A DNA stretch of 64,000 nucleotides from Octopus bimaculoides (taxonomy: Eukaryota), in assembly GCF_001194135.2 (NCBI RefSeq), contig NC_068990.1, positions 76,135,763-76,199,762 of the forward strand, written 5' to 3'. The notes below the pieces were generated by a model. The model saw only the letters and a program-made list of their open reading frames with translations. It made no database searches and had not been told where the DNA came from. The translations under genes and the position numbers were made by a program. The stretch's first letter is position 1; each line of letters opens with the position of its first letter. Shown one piece after another: positions 14,257 through 26,526 of this stretch.

Positions 14257-14540
14257 GTGCACATTATCTACGACTTCTTCAACACTTCTGAGACCGCTGT
14301 CTTGTTTTAAATATCTAAACTAAAACCTTCCATCAAAATTCCATGTTAGTTTATATTCCAAATATTAGTTTAATAACTTTTTTATTTGTTTCAGTTGCAA
14401 GAGCGCGGCCATGCTGGGGTACCGCCTTGAATGATTTAGCCGAATAAATCGACACTAGTATTTCTTATTTTTTTAGCCTGCTACTTTTGGGCAGTTATTC
14501 CAGAAATACGCCAAATGTTTTTGATTTTCTTAAAATAAAA

Positions 14541-15281
14541 TTCCAGGAAGCCCTTGGAACATACAAGGAAAACAAACCCTCGGAACTTTCCAGGAAGTAG
14601 CTCATCATCGGAACATTCCAGGAAGTCCCACACTCGGAACTTCCCAGGAAGTAGATCATCCAGGAAATCATCGGAACTTTCCAGAAAGTCCTCGGAACTC
14701 TCCAAGAAATCCTCAGAACTTTCCAGGAAGTAGATCATCCTCGGAACTTCCCGGCAAACCCTCGAAATTTTCCAGGAAATCCTCGACACTTTCCAAGAAA
14801 ACATCGGAACTTTCCTGGAAATCCTAGGAACTTTCCAGAAAGTTATCGGAATTTTCCAGGGAAACCACGGGATTTTCCAGGAAGTATGTCACTCTATCCT
14901 CGGAACTTTCCATTGTATCCTCGGAACTTTCCAGGAAGTAGATCATCCTCGGAACATTCCAGGAAATCCTCGGGAATTTCCATGAAGCCCTTAGAATTTT
15001 CCATGGAATCCGCGGAACTTTCCAGGAAGTCCCATCCTCGGAAGTTTCCAGAAAATTGCTCAGTCTCTGAACTTTCCAGGAAACCTCGGAACTTTCTAGG
15101 ATGTAGCTTACCCTCGGAACTTTCAAGGAATTCCTTGGAACTATTCAGGAAGTCATATCCTCGGTAATTTCCAGGAAGTCCAATGCTCGGTACTTTCTAG
15201 GAAATCCCCTGAACTTTCCAGGAATCCTCGGAACTTTCCAGGGAATCTGCGGAGCTTTCTAGGAAGTCCCATCCTCGGAAG
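14541..15281. repeat. Degenerate minisatellite, core ~20-bp unit cctcggaactttccaggaa
   Basis: Dozens of variant copies of cctcggaactttccaggaa(gt/at) over ~740 bp; it explains the repetitive ORFs 14481..15167. Confidence 0.9.
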
Positions 15282-16321
15282 TAAAGAAGTATGGAATAAG
15301 TAATTGTTATACGCTTATAGAAAAACAATTTATATTATAGAATAGATACATACCTGTTGACGAAAATGTATGTGGGAGCTATTGTATTGGACGTGTGTAT
15401 AATCAGCGAAATTGAAACATGAATTGAACCTGTATGTGTGCGTGCGTTTTTGCGGCTAAATTGACGGGAATTTTGCAGTCAGCAGGAGGTGGTTTGTATT
15501 TTATCTNNNNNNNNNNNNNNNNNNNNNNNNNNNNNNNNNNNNNNNNNNNNNNNNNNNNNNNNNNNNNNNNNNNNNNNNNNNNNNNNNNNNNNNNNNNNNN
15601 NNNNNNNNNNNNNNNNNNNNNNNNNNNNNNNNNNNNNNNNNNNNNNNNNNNNNNNNNNNNNNNNNNNNNNNNNNNNNNNNNNNNNNNNNNNNNNNNNNNN
15701 NNNNNNNNNNNNNNNNNNNNNNNNNNNNNNNNNNNNNNNNNNNNNNNNNNNNNNNNNNNNNNNNNNNNNNNNNNNNNNNNNNNNNNNNNNNNNNNNNNNN
15801 NNNNNNNNNNNNNNNNNNNNNNNNNNNNNNNNNNNNNNNNNNNNNNNNNNNNNNNNNNNNNNNNNNNNNNNNNNNNNNNNNNNNNNNNNNNNNNNNNNNN
15901 NNNNTGTTTGATGGGGTGTGCGAGACAGAGAGAGTAATGTTGATGGTGTGTGTATATGAGAAAGAGAGAGAGAGAGAGAGAGAGAGAAATAAAGAAAGAG
16001 AGAGAGAGAGATAACTGAAATTTTTTTTACATTCAGTTTTTGTAGTGAGTGAATGTGTGAGTGATTGGAGAGAGTAATTATGTATATATGTGTGAATGGC
16101 TTCAGTGACACACACTCACATACATGCATGCACGCAGGTTGTTTTAATCGATTTTCTCGGTAACTATGGGGGCTAGGAAAAAATACAAAGTGCATTCCAA
16201 TTTACGCACCCGTCTCCACATGTGTGTCCTTTTTCACGCGAATCCACCCAGCCGTTTGGCCGTGAACCTCGAGACAAGAAAGAATACAACGGTCGCCCAT
16301 GTTCAAGTTATATTTTAGATA

Positions 16322-16482
16322 TATACGATGGTCTTCTTCCATTTTCCGTCTACCAAATCCACTCACAAGGTTTTGGTGAATCCGAGTAGACGTCACTTGC
16401 CCGAGGTACCATGAAACCACTAAAACTGAAACCATGCGGTTGGGAAGCAAGACTCTTACCACACAGCCACGCCTGTTCCTAT
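16322..16482 (-). mobile_element. tRNA-derived SINE (family A), 5' half
   Basis: 'ccgtctaccaaatccactcacaagg...cacttgcccgaggtacc...cttaccacacagccacgcctg'. Confidence 0.85.
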
Positions 16483-17379
16483 GCCACAAACCTACGCCCT
16501 CGTCTATACCGCAAAGGCACGCCTGTGCTTATCTTTATTAAATGCTTTTTAGCGTGAATTATTTTCAAATAGGTTTTAATTTTCAACAAAATCGTTAACA
16601 AGCATTAAGTAAACTTATTAAAACTAATAATAAGACATTTTTTAATAAGACATTTCTTAACTTTAACGTGTTCGGAAAAATAAACAAAAGGTACGATAAC
16701 TTTTGGGGGAAGTTTATGAGAAGAGAAATACAAGACTAGAAATGTAAGTTTGTCGTCCCACGTCAAGTGTTATATAAGATCAAAACAGTTTAATATGTAT
16801 TACAAGGTGTAATGAGGTACAACAGACATGAGATATTTTGAAAATATCCAATTTCCTGCCTGCCGTTTCATTTCATCACGCCACAAAAATTCGAAAATGT
16901 AGGATTATTCGTCTCAGTAATTCAGGAAAGCTAAGTTAATTTTTATCTCATTTTCAACTACACCATTTTCATAAAACTATTTCATTACAATCAAAATTCA
17001 CAAATCTTTCATTAAATCTACCTGTCCGTTGCGTTGAATCATTAGAACCAACACTTAGCAACATCCTTTCAAGGACACCACATCTGAGCTGTCAATTCAA
17101 CTGCTCTGCTGTATCAATACAAAATTGTGAGGTGTTTCATTGAGTTGTTTTACAACACTTCATTGCTGTTTATATATANNNNNNNNNNTTCTTTTATCTT
17201 AATGAATAAAAATTCTTCTGATAAAATAAATGGGTTAATAGAAACCAATGTAGCAAAGAACACAAAATAACTGTGGTTAGCTCCGTTTTTAAGGCAGGAA
17301 CTCCTTGAAATTTTGGGTATTTGAGTATATTTAAGAATTTAAGGATTGGAGAAAACGCATGTTATAATTGCATACTTTA

Positions 17380-17463
17380 TTCCTACATATGTTTCAAAGG
17401 ATTACAATCTGTGTGATCCATAGGGATCTTTGATATTAAAATTGTAACCTTCTCATCAGGGAA
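17380..17463 (-). ncRNA. Minimal type I hammerhead ribozyme with complete catalytic core
   Basis: Minus strand reads ttcc-CTGATGA-gaaggttacaat[32-nt loop]attgtaatccttt-GAAA-c atat g-TA-ggaa. Stem I is ttcc/ggaa, stem II has 12 bp with one bulge, stem III closes a palindromic CAUAUG, and the triplet is GUA. Predicted cut between 17384 and 17383. Confidence 0.85.
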
Positions 17464-17523
17464 AGCATGGGAATCATCTTAAACGTAAGACCATCACTAT
17501 GTTGTGCCAGTATAGCCAGAATG

Positions 17524-17676
17524 AAGGCGGTGTGCTTAGCGGCATTCTGTCCTTCTTTACGCTCTGAGTTCAAATTCCGCAGTTCTCGACTTTGTCTTTC
17601 ATCCTTTCGGAGTTGATAAAATAAGTACTTGGTGAAATTTATTGTCGATACAACTGACTAGCCTCCCCCGCCAAAA
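17524..17676 (+). mobile_element. SINE (family B), internally deleted
   Basis: 'aaggcgg..gcttagcggcatt..ctctgagttcaaattccgc..gactttgtctttcatcctttcggagttgataaaataagtac'. Confidence 0.8.
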
Positions 17677-18300
17677 TTTTATGTTTTTTTTAGTCAACAG
17701 TCGTCCATAATCGAGTAAGCCTAAACTCGAAGTTATCGCAGTCATGATCTTCCAATGTTTTCCTGCATGTCATAGACTATATAGAGGAGCATTCTTTAAC
17801 ATTGTTGTTGTTATCGTGTGGCTGAGCGTCTGTCCTCGTAGATAGAAGCAGAACTATATAGATCAAATATCTTTCCAGTCTTAACCACACAGTTTGCATT
17901 TGCAAGCTACTTCTACATCACAAATTAATATGTTATTTAATAAGATGAGTAAGAAGGTAAGGTATAGTTTGAGAGAGATACAACTACTATTCCTAGTAAG
18001 TGGAGGTACTCTGTAGATACTTTCACTGTTGTTATTCTTGTTATTTGTTGAAACTGTTGCTGTATTTACTGCTGCTTCTGCAGAAATATTAGTTCCACAA
18101 TTTTCAACAAAGACATGGTTTTAATTTATTTTCTCATTCATAGCTCATCAATGCCTCTGAGTATAACATTCAAGTTAATATCAAAAAGGACAAGAAATCA
18201 AATAAACCTCAAGTGTGCGCATGCATACATAAATACACAAAAAGAAGCGATGGTGGTTGGACAAGCACAGACACAGGCACACAAATATAAATATATATAT

Positions 18301-18450
18301 ATGCGACGGCTTTCTTTCAGTTCCTGTCTACTAAATCCACTCACAAGGCTTTGGTCAGCTCGAAGCTATAGTAGAAGACAGGGTGTCACGCAGTGGGACT
18401 GAAACCGGAACGATGTGATTGGGAAGCAAGCTTCATGCCACACAGCTATA
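18301..18450 (-). mobile_element. tRNA-derived SINE (family A), 5' half
   Basis: 'cggctttctttcagttcctgtctactaaatccactcacaaggctttggtc...cacgcagtgggactgaaaccggaac'. Confidence 0.85.
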
Positions 18451-18566
18451 CATATGTGCATGTATATAAGCAATGAAGTTACTTTAATTACGAGTGTCAA
18501 CTAAGTGAACTTTAGAGAAATAACTCAGGCAATATACTTACGGGTATAGTCACTCATATATAATAA

Positions 18567-18623
<57 letters not shown>

Positions 18624-18735
18624 TTAGTATGCTTTAGTGATCAAAGTTAACTGGTAGATTGTGCTAGCAGTCGGTGAAGCGTGGTTATCTAATTGATATT
18701 ACCGAGGCTATTCGTTATCTTCATCTCTCGAGATA

Positions 18736-18772
18736 TCTTGACGTTTCGGTGCGCACTTCCTTCATCAGCCAA
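18736..18772 (-). ncRNA. Hammerhead core remnant (stem I not pairing)
   Basis: Minus strand reads ttgg-CTGATGA-agg aagtgcgca cc-GAAA-c-GTC-aaga. Core and GUC are present, stem II has only 2 bp, and stem I does not pair. Confidence 0.45.
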
Positions 18773-18879
18773 ATTTAAACTAAAATTATTTTCTCAGTTA
18801 GTCACATAATAGATATGAGTATTTTGAACTAAGTGATGGCATTACATATCACTGAGGCATAAAATCTGTTTTGCAAAAC

Positions 18880-19075
18880 GAGTAGCATGGCCTCTCCGTG
18901 TTCCTTCTTGGGGGTTAGAATATAATGCGTTCGGAGACATAGGTATATACCAGAAGTTTTCTATTAAGTGGACGGGCAGATGGACATTAAGACACAGAGC
19001 CTGGTCGTGAAGAAACTCATGAGTATTTGGGATATAACTCGACCAGAGATGACAAAGAGAACAAAGATGTATCTG
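18880..19075 (-). pseudogene. Possible decayed Penelope-like reverse transcriptase C-terminal fragment
   Basis: Translation 'PNTHEFLHDQALCLNVHL...IENFWY' loosely resembles the PLE RT segment (HPNIKFT.E.E.D..LPFLD.....T.WYRKP). It lies on the same strand as, and just upstream of, the HHR core at 18736. Weak resemblance by eye only. Confidence 0.3.
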
Positions 19076-19151
19076 TATATATCTCCTGAAAACATATATA
19101 TGCGCGTGTGTGCGTGTGTGTATATGTCTGTCTAGTTTTGGTGTATGCCTT

Positions 19152-19204
<53 letters not shown>

Positions 19205-21081
19205 NNNNNNNNNNNNNNNNNNNNNNNNNNNNNNNNNNNNNNNNNNNNNNNNNNNNNNNNNNNNNNNNNNNNNNNNNNNNNNNNNNNNNNNNNNNNNNNN
19301 NNNNNNNNNNNNNNNNNNNNNNNNNNNNNNNNNNNNNNNNNNNNNNNNNNNNNNNNNNNNNNNNNNNNNNNNNNNNNNNNNNNNNNNNNNNNNNNNNNNN
19401 NNNNNNNNNNNNNNNNNNNNNNNNNNNNNNNNNNNNNNNNNNNNNNNNNNNNNNNNNNNNNNNNNNNNNNNNNNNNNNNNNNNNNNNNNNNNNNNNNNNN
19501 NNNNNNNNNNNNNNNNNNNNNNNNNNNNNNNNNNNNNNNNNNNNNNNNNNNNNNNNNNNNNNNNNNNNNNNNNNNNNNNNNNNNNNNNNNNNNNNNNNNN
19601 NNNNNNNNNNNNNNNNNNNNNNNNNNNNNNNNNNNNNNNNNNNNNNNNNNNNNNNNNNNNNNNNNNNNNNNNNNNNNNNNNNNNNNNNNNNNNNNNNNNN
19701 NNNNNNNNNNNNNNNNNNNNNNNNNNNNNNNNNNNNNNNNNNNNNNNNNNNNNNNNNNNNNNNNNNNNNNNNNNNNNNNNNNNNNNNNNNNNNNNNNNNN
19801 NNNNNNNNNNNNNNNNNNNNNNNNNNNNNNNNNNNNNNNNNNNNNNNNNNNNNNNNNNNNNNNNNNNNNNNNNNNNNNNNNNNNNNNNNNNNNNNNNNNN
19901 NNNNNNNNNNNNNNNNNNNNNNNNNNNNNNNNNNNNNNNNNNNNNNNNNNNNNNNNNNNNNNNNNNNNNNNNNNNNNATATATATATATATATATATACA
20001 TACATACATATATATATAATTATTCATACATATACAATACGACTGATTCGACCGTCATTTTCTACAAACCACAAAGTACATACAGACAATAGCGTCAATA
20101 CGGCCATTTTTACATTTAAAGTTGATATGAAATGAAGTGGCAATAATATATTTGTTCATGAGTAATTGACTACCAAGGAAAACTCTGCTATACTTAGAAT
20201 GAATTCTACCTTTTTTTGTCTTTTTTTCTTTTTGTCTTTCCTTTTTTTTTGTCTCTCTGGTTCGCAATCTTTAGAAAACGATAGACATTCTGGTACAATT
20301 GTTGATATAAATAATCATCTATTTAACGTGAATGAAGACAGAAAGAAAAAGAAAAGAACCGTTTATAGAATTGTCATAATTTTGGAATAACAGAACATGT
20401 TTTTAGCGACCTCGCTAGTGTAATTTCAATTGTTAGCAAGTTCTAGGCGTTTTTGTCATTTTTTTTAAAACAATTTTTTTTATTTAATAATAATAATAAT
20501 AAAACATGACTTGTTTATAGTTCGTTCATGTTTAATCATCGCAATTCTTTGTTTATATAACTTTTATAGATCTGTGAGTCGAATATATTTCTTTACATAT
20601 GATAACAGGGTATGTGGCGGTAGACCTTTTCGTTCAGCTTCTTCAGTTTGTAAAAGTAACATACGTGTAGCTCCCTGACGACTTATGACATGAACGGTTA
20701 AATAAAATAAAAATTTTTTGATATTAGCCTTGAAAATTAGTTCGAAGATAACATCAGATTAAAAAGTGAACACCATATTACACGTGTTTAAAAAAACTAG
20801 AGGAGCATATCGTAAGTCAAGATCGTCGTCGTCGTCGTCGTCGTCGTCATATTCATCATCATCCCCATAATAATTACCATCATAATTAAATCCTAAACGA
20901 CTGGTTAATGAACAGTTTATAGATTAACAAAGTGATTCAAGGGCCGTGAGTTTCGTGCGTGACACGCAACAACAAATTTGAAGAAAAAGGCCATTGAGTC
21001 ACCACTTTTACTTCTGCTGGTAAAAAAAATTATGCATGTATGTATATATATGTGTGTGTGTGTGTGTGTGCGTGTGTGTGT

Positions 21082-21335
21082 GTCGGGCTGAGGAGCCGTG
21101 ACGCCTCAGTAGACCGGGCCAAAGATGCTGCCGACTTTCGTACACGGGGGCACCCGACCTGTTGAGTGCATCCATCCGCCACCGGCGGATCATAACTCAC
21201 CAAGCCGCCCGATTTTGTTAGTTTCGGTACCACTACGTTTCGCCGGCAGCCGCGCCCTCGGAGGCGGTGCTGACGACTTTCGTGGACGAGCCACGCGACA
21301 GGAGACCCTTCTTCCGCGTGTGCACTTTCTCACAC
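21082..21335. other. Isolated GC/CpG-rich island between (TG)n tracts
   Basis: Sharp rise in GC and CpG, several short hairpins (ctgagg/cctcag, atccgcc/ggcggat, cgtgg/ccacg), and a minus-strand donor TTG|GTGAGT at 21201/21200. Confidence 0.7.
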
Positions 21336-21377
21336 ACACTCACATGTGTGTGTGTGTGTGAGAAAGTGAGTGCGTGA

Positions 21378-21408
<31 letters not shown>

Positions 21409-21565
21409 AAATATTCATTCTGACTTTCACTTAAAATTTTGCTGGACTGCTTGAAAATGTCCATGTCAAAATTTAATTTCACAATAAATTTCAATTTAAT
21501 CTCAATATTGACTGCCGCTTCATGAAGTTGTCAACTGTTAATTTTAATCGCGTACGTGTATGTAG

Positions 21566-21619
<54 letters not shown>

Positions 21620-21961
21620 NNNNNNNNNNNNNNNNNNNNNNNNNNNNNNNNNNNNNNNNNNNNNNNNNNNNNNNNNNNNNNNNNNNNNNNNNNNNNNNNN
21701 NNNNNNNNNNNNNNNNNNNNNNNNNNNNNNNNNNNNNNNNNNNNNNNNNNNNNNNNNNNNNNNNNNNNNNNNNNNNNNNNNNNNNNNNNNNNNNNNNNNN
21801 NNNNNNNNNNNNNNNNNNNNNNNNNNNNNNNNNNNNNNNNNNNNNNNNNNNNNNNNNNNNNNNNNNNNNNNNNNNNNNNNNNNNNNNNNNNNNNNNNNNN
21901 NNNNNNGAAGTTGTCAACTGTTAATTTTAATCGCGTACGTGTATGTAGCTATGTGTGTATA

Positions 21962-21995
<34 letters not shown>

Positions 21996-23025
21996 TGTGT
22001 GTGTGTGTGTGTGTGTACTTCGTGATGTCTTTGCTTGTCTGTGTGTGTATGTGCATCTGTGATGGCTTTGCTTGGGTGTGTGCATGCGTGTGTGTATGCG
22101 TGTGTAATTGTGTGTGTATGCGTGTGTGTGTGTGTGTAATTCTGAGTGTTGCGCGCGAATGTGTGTTCGAGATTAACAGAAGAACCCTTCTGAAAAGGAG
22201 GCTCGATACTAACATTAGAGTCCAATTTATTATAAAATTTGTTTTGGCTAGGACTTCAGTTTTCAATTCCTTCCCATTCCTGAATCTTTCTGGTTTTGCC
22301 TAGTTCAGTTATTTCACATGTGCAAGAATTTAGTTCTCCGCATTTTGTTATGTACATTAATTCTTCTTCTAGTAAGAATTTCACCTTTAAGTGTCATTTA
22401 AAATTTTATGGTTCTTGTCAGTCGTCGATAATTTGTGTTTCTTTAATTACTTTTCTGAGATTTAATGATTGGTGTAAGATTGAAAATTATCACTTTACCA
22501 ATTGTAGCATGTTATTATTTCGAGGATTATGGGAAACTACAAATGGTATAATTATATTCTTGTGTTTGTCTTCACCTTCACTTTGAGGGTTTCGACACAG
22601 GACAGAAATTCACATAACTTTTGCATTGATTATAGCAAGATTTACTGATTTATGCGGATATTTTTCCTGATAAACTATTTGTAGTTCAACCATTTGTCTC
22701 TCTCGTTTAATTATGTCAGTAATTCTTGAACATGTATGTTTTGCCACATTAAATGGGATGTTCTTATTAATATAGAAAAGGTGGCACGATCATTAATCTA
22801 AGCAATGGTATGTGTCTGTGTCATTACATTAGAGATCTCTAATAACATTATCATTCTCCTTCAATAGCAGATTGTCCAAAAATGGAAGTTACATGCAGCC
22901 TCACATGCGCACGCACACACACACAGTTAAACACCAACACACATACACACGCACACACACAAAGACACGTACACACACATATGCACATACATACACACAC
23001 ACAACACACATACAGGCACACACAC

Positions 23026-23088
<63 letters not shown>

Positions 23089-23144
23089 CATATATATATA
23101 ATTTTGGATTACCATCTATAAATGAAGTGGAAACTATACATTTA

Positions 23145-24414
23145 CAGAGGTTGGACAAAATAAGTGAAACACCTTAAAATTTCAAACAAATTTACTTTTA
23201 TATAGGGTAGGACCGCCTTTGGCAGTAATTACTGCTTGAATTCTATGAGGCATGGACTCGTACAAAGTTTGAATTGTTTCCAAAGGAAGTTTTGACCGTT
23301 CTTCAGCTAAAACAGTCTCCAGTTCTTGTAGTGATGATGGCGATGGATATCGACTCCTTACTTGTTTTTCTAAAATGCACCATAAATGGTCAATAATATT
23401 GTGATCTGGGGACGATGGTGGCCAGATAAGATGTTCCACTTCACTAGAATGTTCCTCATGCCATTCAGTCACAATTTTAGCTGTGTGAATTGATGCATTA
23501 TCATCTTGAAAGATTGCGTTTCGCCCCGGAAACAGTTCCGCAAACAAAGGATGACTTTGATCAGATAAAATTTTAAAATAATCTTGACTATTAATTCTGT
23601 CATGAAGGGAAAACATTGAGCCGGCGGATTTCCAAGATATAGTCCCCAGGTAATCACAGATCCTCCTGCATGTTTAACAGTTAGAAGAACATACTCTGAG
23701 TCAAATGTTTCTTTTGGCTGTCTTCACGCGTATACTTAGCCGGTGGTCGGAAATAAGATCAAGGATGACTTGTCCGAGAAAATGACATTCTTCCACTGCT
23801 CTAGGGACCAATTCTGTAGGCTTCTACTCCACTCTAAACGCTTTGCAACGTTTGTTTTTGAAAGTAGTGGTTTTCTGATTGTAGCCCTCCCGTGAAATCC
23901 GGTTTTGTGCAGCTCCCGGCAAACAGTTTTTGTGAAAACTGGGTTTTCGAGGTGGTCATTAAACTCTGCAGTAATTTTGGGAGCTGCTCTTTTGTAATCC
24001 TTTCTAACAATTCACGTAAGAATCCGACGGTCCCTATCTGAAAATTTTGGTTTTCTTCTGGAGTTTTGTTTCGACGAAGTTTTTTCCCTTTTTCTCAAAG
24101 GCTGCCATTACTTTCGAGATAATACTTCTTGATACACCAAACATTTCGGCTGTTTCCGATACGCTAGCACCTGCCATACGAGCACCAACAATTTGACCGC
24201 TTTCAAAGTCTGATTGATCTGTCATTTTAATGAATTTTAATTACCTTTTTCTGATGATATCTGAAAAGAAAGAGCAATTTTAGCAAAGCATATTAAGCAA
24301 CACTAATAATAAATAAAAATAAACAAAAATAAACAAACTTTTGATGGTTTTATAGATGTTCCAAAATTATGATGCTATGATGCTAGGTGTTTCCATTATT
24401 TTGTCCAACCCCTG
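23145..24414 (-). mobile_element. Full-length decayed Tc1-family DNA transposon (1270 bp)
   Basis: TIRs cagaggttggacaaaataagtgaaacacct / aggtgtttccattattttgtccaacccctg, with TA on both sides (23143-44, 24415-16). Broken transposase from 24225 (MTDQSDFESGQIVGARMAG) to ~23182 with FQDDNASIHTAK and WPPSSPDHNIIDHLW motifs. Confidence 0.95.
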
Positions 24415-24424
24415 TATGTCTGAT

Positions 24425-24850
24425 ATCTTTTACTTGTTTCAGTTATTATACTGCGCCTATGCTGGGGCACCACCTTGAAGAATTTTAGTCGAATGAATCA
24501 GCCCAAAACTTATGTTTTTAAGGCTGGTACTTATTCTAGCTGTCTCGTTTGTCAGAAACGCTATAATAAAAGGACGTAAACACACCGACACCGATTGTCT
24601 AGCCGTATTGGGGGACAGACATATGCCCAAATACACACATACATACATACATACATACATACATACATACATACATACATACATGCATGCATACATACAT
24701 ACACACAAACATATATGTTCAACGGGCTTCTTTTAGTTTTCACTCACAAAGCCTTGGTTAGTCCGATGTCATATTAGAAGAAACTTGCCCAAGGTGCTAC
24801 ACAGTACGACTTAACCATGTAGTTAGAAAAGAAACTTCTTACGACCCAGG
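24425..24850 (-). mobile_element. tRNA-derived SINE (family A) abutting the Tc1 TIR
   Basis: 'tcttttacttgtttcagtt...gctggggcaccaccttgaag...cactcacaaagccttgg...cttgcccaaggtgctacacagt', with an internal (TACA)n tract. Confidence 0.85.
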
Positions 24851-24857
24851 AATATAT

Positions 24858-24872
24858 CTAGACAGACATACC

Positions 24873-24918
<46 letters not shown>

Positions 24919-24927
24919 TAGACAGAC

Positions 24928-24958
<31 letters not shown>

Positions 24959-24987
24959 TAGACAGACAGATAGATAGATAGACAAAC

Positions 24988-25053
<66 letters not shown>
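24858..25053. repeat. (GACA)n/(GATA)n compound microsatellite
   Basis: Direct reading. Confidence 0.95.
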
Positions 25054-25054
<1 letters not shown>

Positions 25055-26526
25055 AATAGTTCATCTCAACCGAATTGCCTTTCGGAAATTCAGTTACAAA
25101 CCACTGCGATTTATAGAGTAAATTTGGGATATTTTTTCATAAAATCTGAGAGCATTTAATTGTGTGCCATTCAGTCTGCTTATCGCTTTCCGAATAGCAT
25201 TCGATTCTATGATACTTCTAAATATATTCTAATGTTAAAGACTTTAAATAAAAGCGAAAGAGTGTGCTCAATATATGGTATAGAGTATATTGTTTATTTA
25301 CAAATACTTGGTTCTCAAGTTCTCTAGGTATCTTTTGGGCGTAGTTTTGCTTTATTTGTTCTGTGAGTTATATGTATTCAGCGGATATTGTAAAGTAAAT
25401 ATTGTATGAAGCTCCCAGAATTTTCCTTCTCTCCGTGGATCTGCTGCACAGTATATTTAGAATTAACAGTATATACAATATCGTTAATTAGTTAGAATTA
25501 AATATTATAAAAGGGATTTCATAATGTTAAGATAGCCTTGTTTGTTTGGGAAAGGTCGGCTAATAATGAATATTATCTGAAGGGTTATTATCAACAATAA
25601 ATATGAACAACTATATTTAAGGTCGATATACAAAAGGCTTTTGTTTAAAGCAGGCTGTTATTTCATGCGAGCTTTTGATAATACAATACGGAAAGCTGAA
25701 GTCTAAGATTCTTTTCTTTCCACCCTTTTCATCATCGAACAGGTTTTGACACTTTATGAAACAAAACCGGAAGTCATGTACATCCGTGATATCTTAATGA
25801 TATGGCGTGTTTAAAGCTTAAAGACAATTCTCCGACTACTCCTAACCAAATGCAATCAACTGTATGGAGCATAAGGTATTATTTAGCAAGACACGCGAGG
25901 AAATCTATTCAAACTGTGTCGTTACGGTATGAAAGATACCTCCTGCAGTTGCATTGAGTATTATTCTACCAGCGACAAACTTGAATTTAGTTTATTACCT
26001 TCTAAACACAAACAACATGGCGTGATGAAATATTTAGCAAACAACAAGCAAATGGAAGATGAGCTTATCATAATGTTATTATCAAGACGTTTACTGGTGA
26101 GGAAAGCAAATTTGTGTTCTTATCATAAGAAACATAATCAGATCCGTGTCAGCTCTTTCCATTTTATTCATAGCGAGCAACGAAATATAGAAAATGGCAG
26201 TCGCATAATTATCAGTTATTAATTAGTGAAAATTAATAAAACACCTAATGAAAGCTAAACAAATAAATGAAGTTACATCTATAAATTAATTTCATATTTA
26301 CAAATATGTTTTTCTATAATCATTTTCTCTCCCCCTCTCTTTCTCTCCCCCTCTCTTTCTCTCCCCCTCTCTCTCTCTCTTTCTCACTCATTCTGATCTA
26401 TAAATATGTGCCTTCTGATGTATATATACATATGTGTATGCGTACATACACGCGCATGCATACATATTTCTGCATGTAGATATATAAGTATATATAAATA
26501 TATATAATGATATATAAAACATACAA

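Noticed and set aside
14481-15167. Repetitive ORFs and possible CRISPR-like array
   Set aside because: Units are contiguous and degenerate with no unique spacers and no cas genes; this is a eukaryotic minisatellite.
20625-20650. Minus-strand CTGAAGA..GAAA string
   Set aside because: No stems I-III.
21523-21960. Direct repeat gaagttgtcaactgttaattttaatcgcgtacgtgtatgtagctatg on both sides of a gap
   Set aside because: An identical sequence flanking an N-run next to (TG)n is typical of an unmerged contig overlap, not a real duplication or TSD.
25765-25775. CCGGAAGT ETS-like motifs (also ~33648 and ~42863)
   Set aside because: Isolated 8-mers without other promoter evidence.
25929-26222. 97-aa ORF in unique sequence
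   Set aside because: No recognisable domain or splice context; a length reachable by chance.
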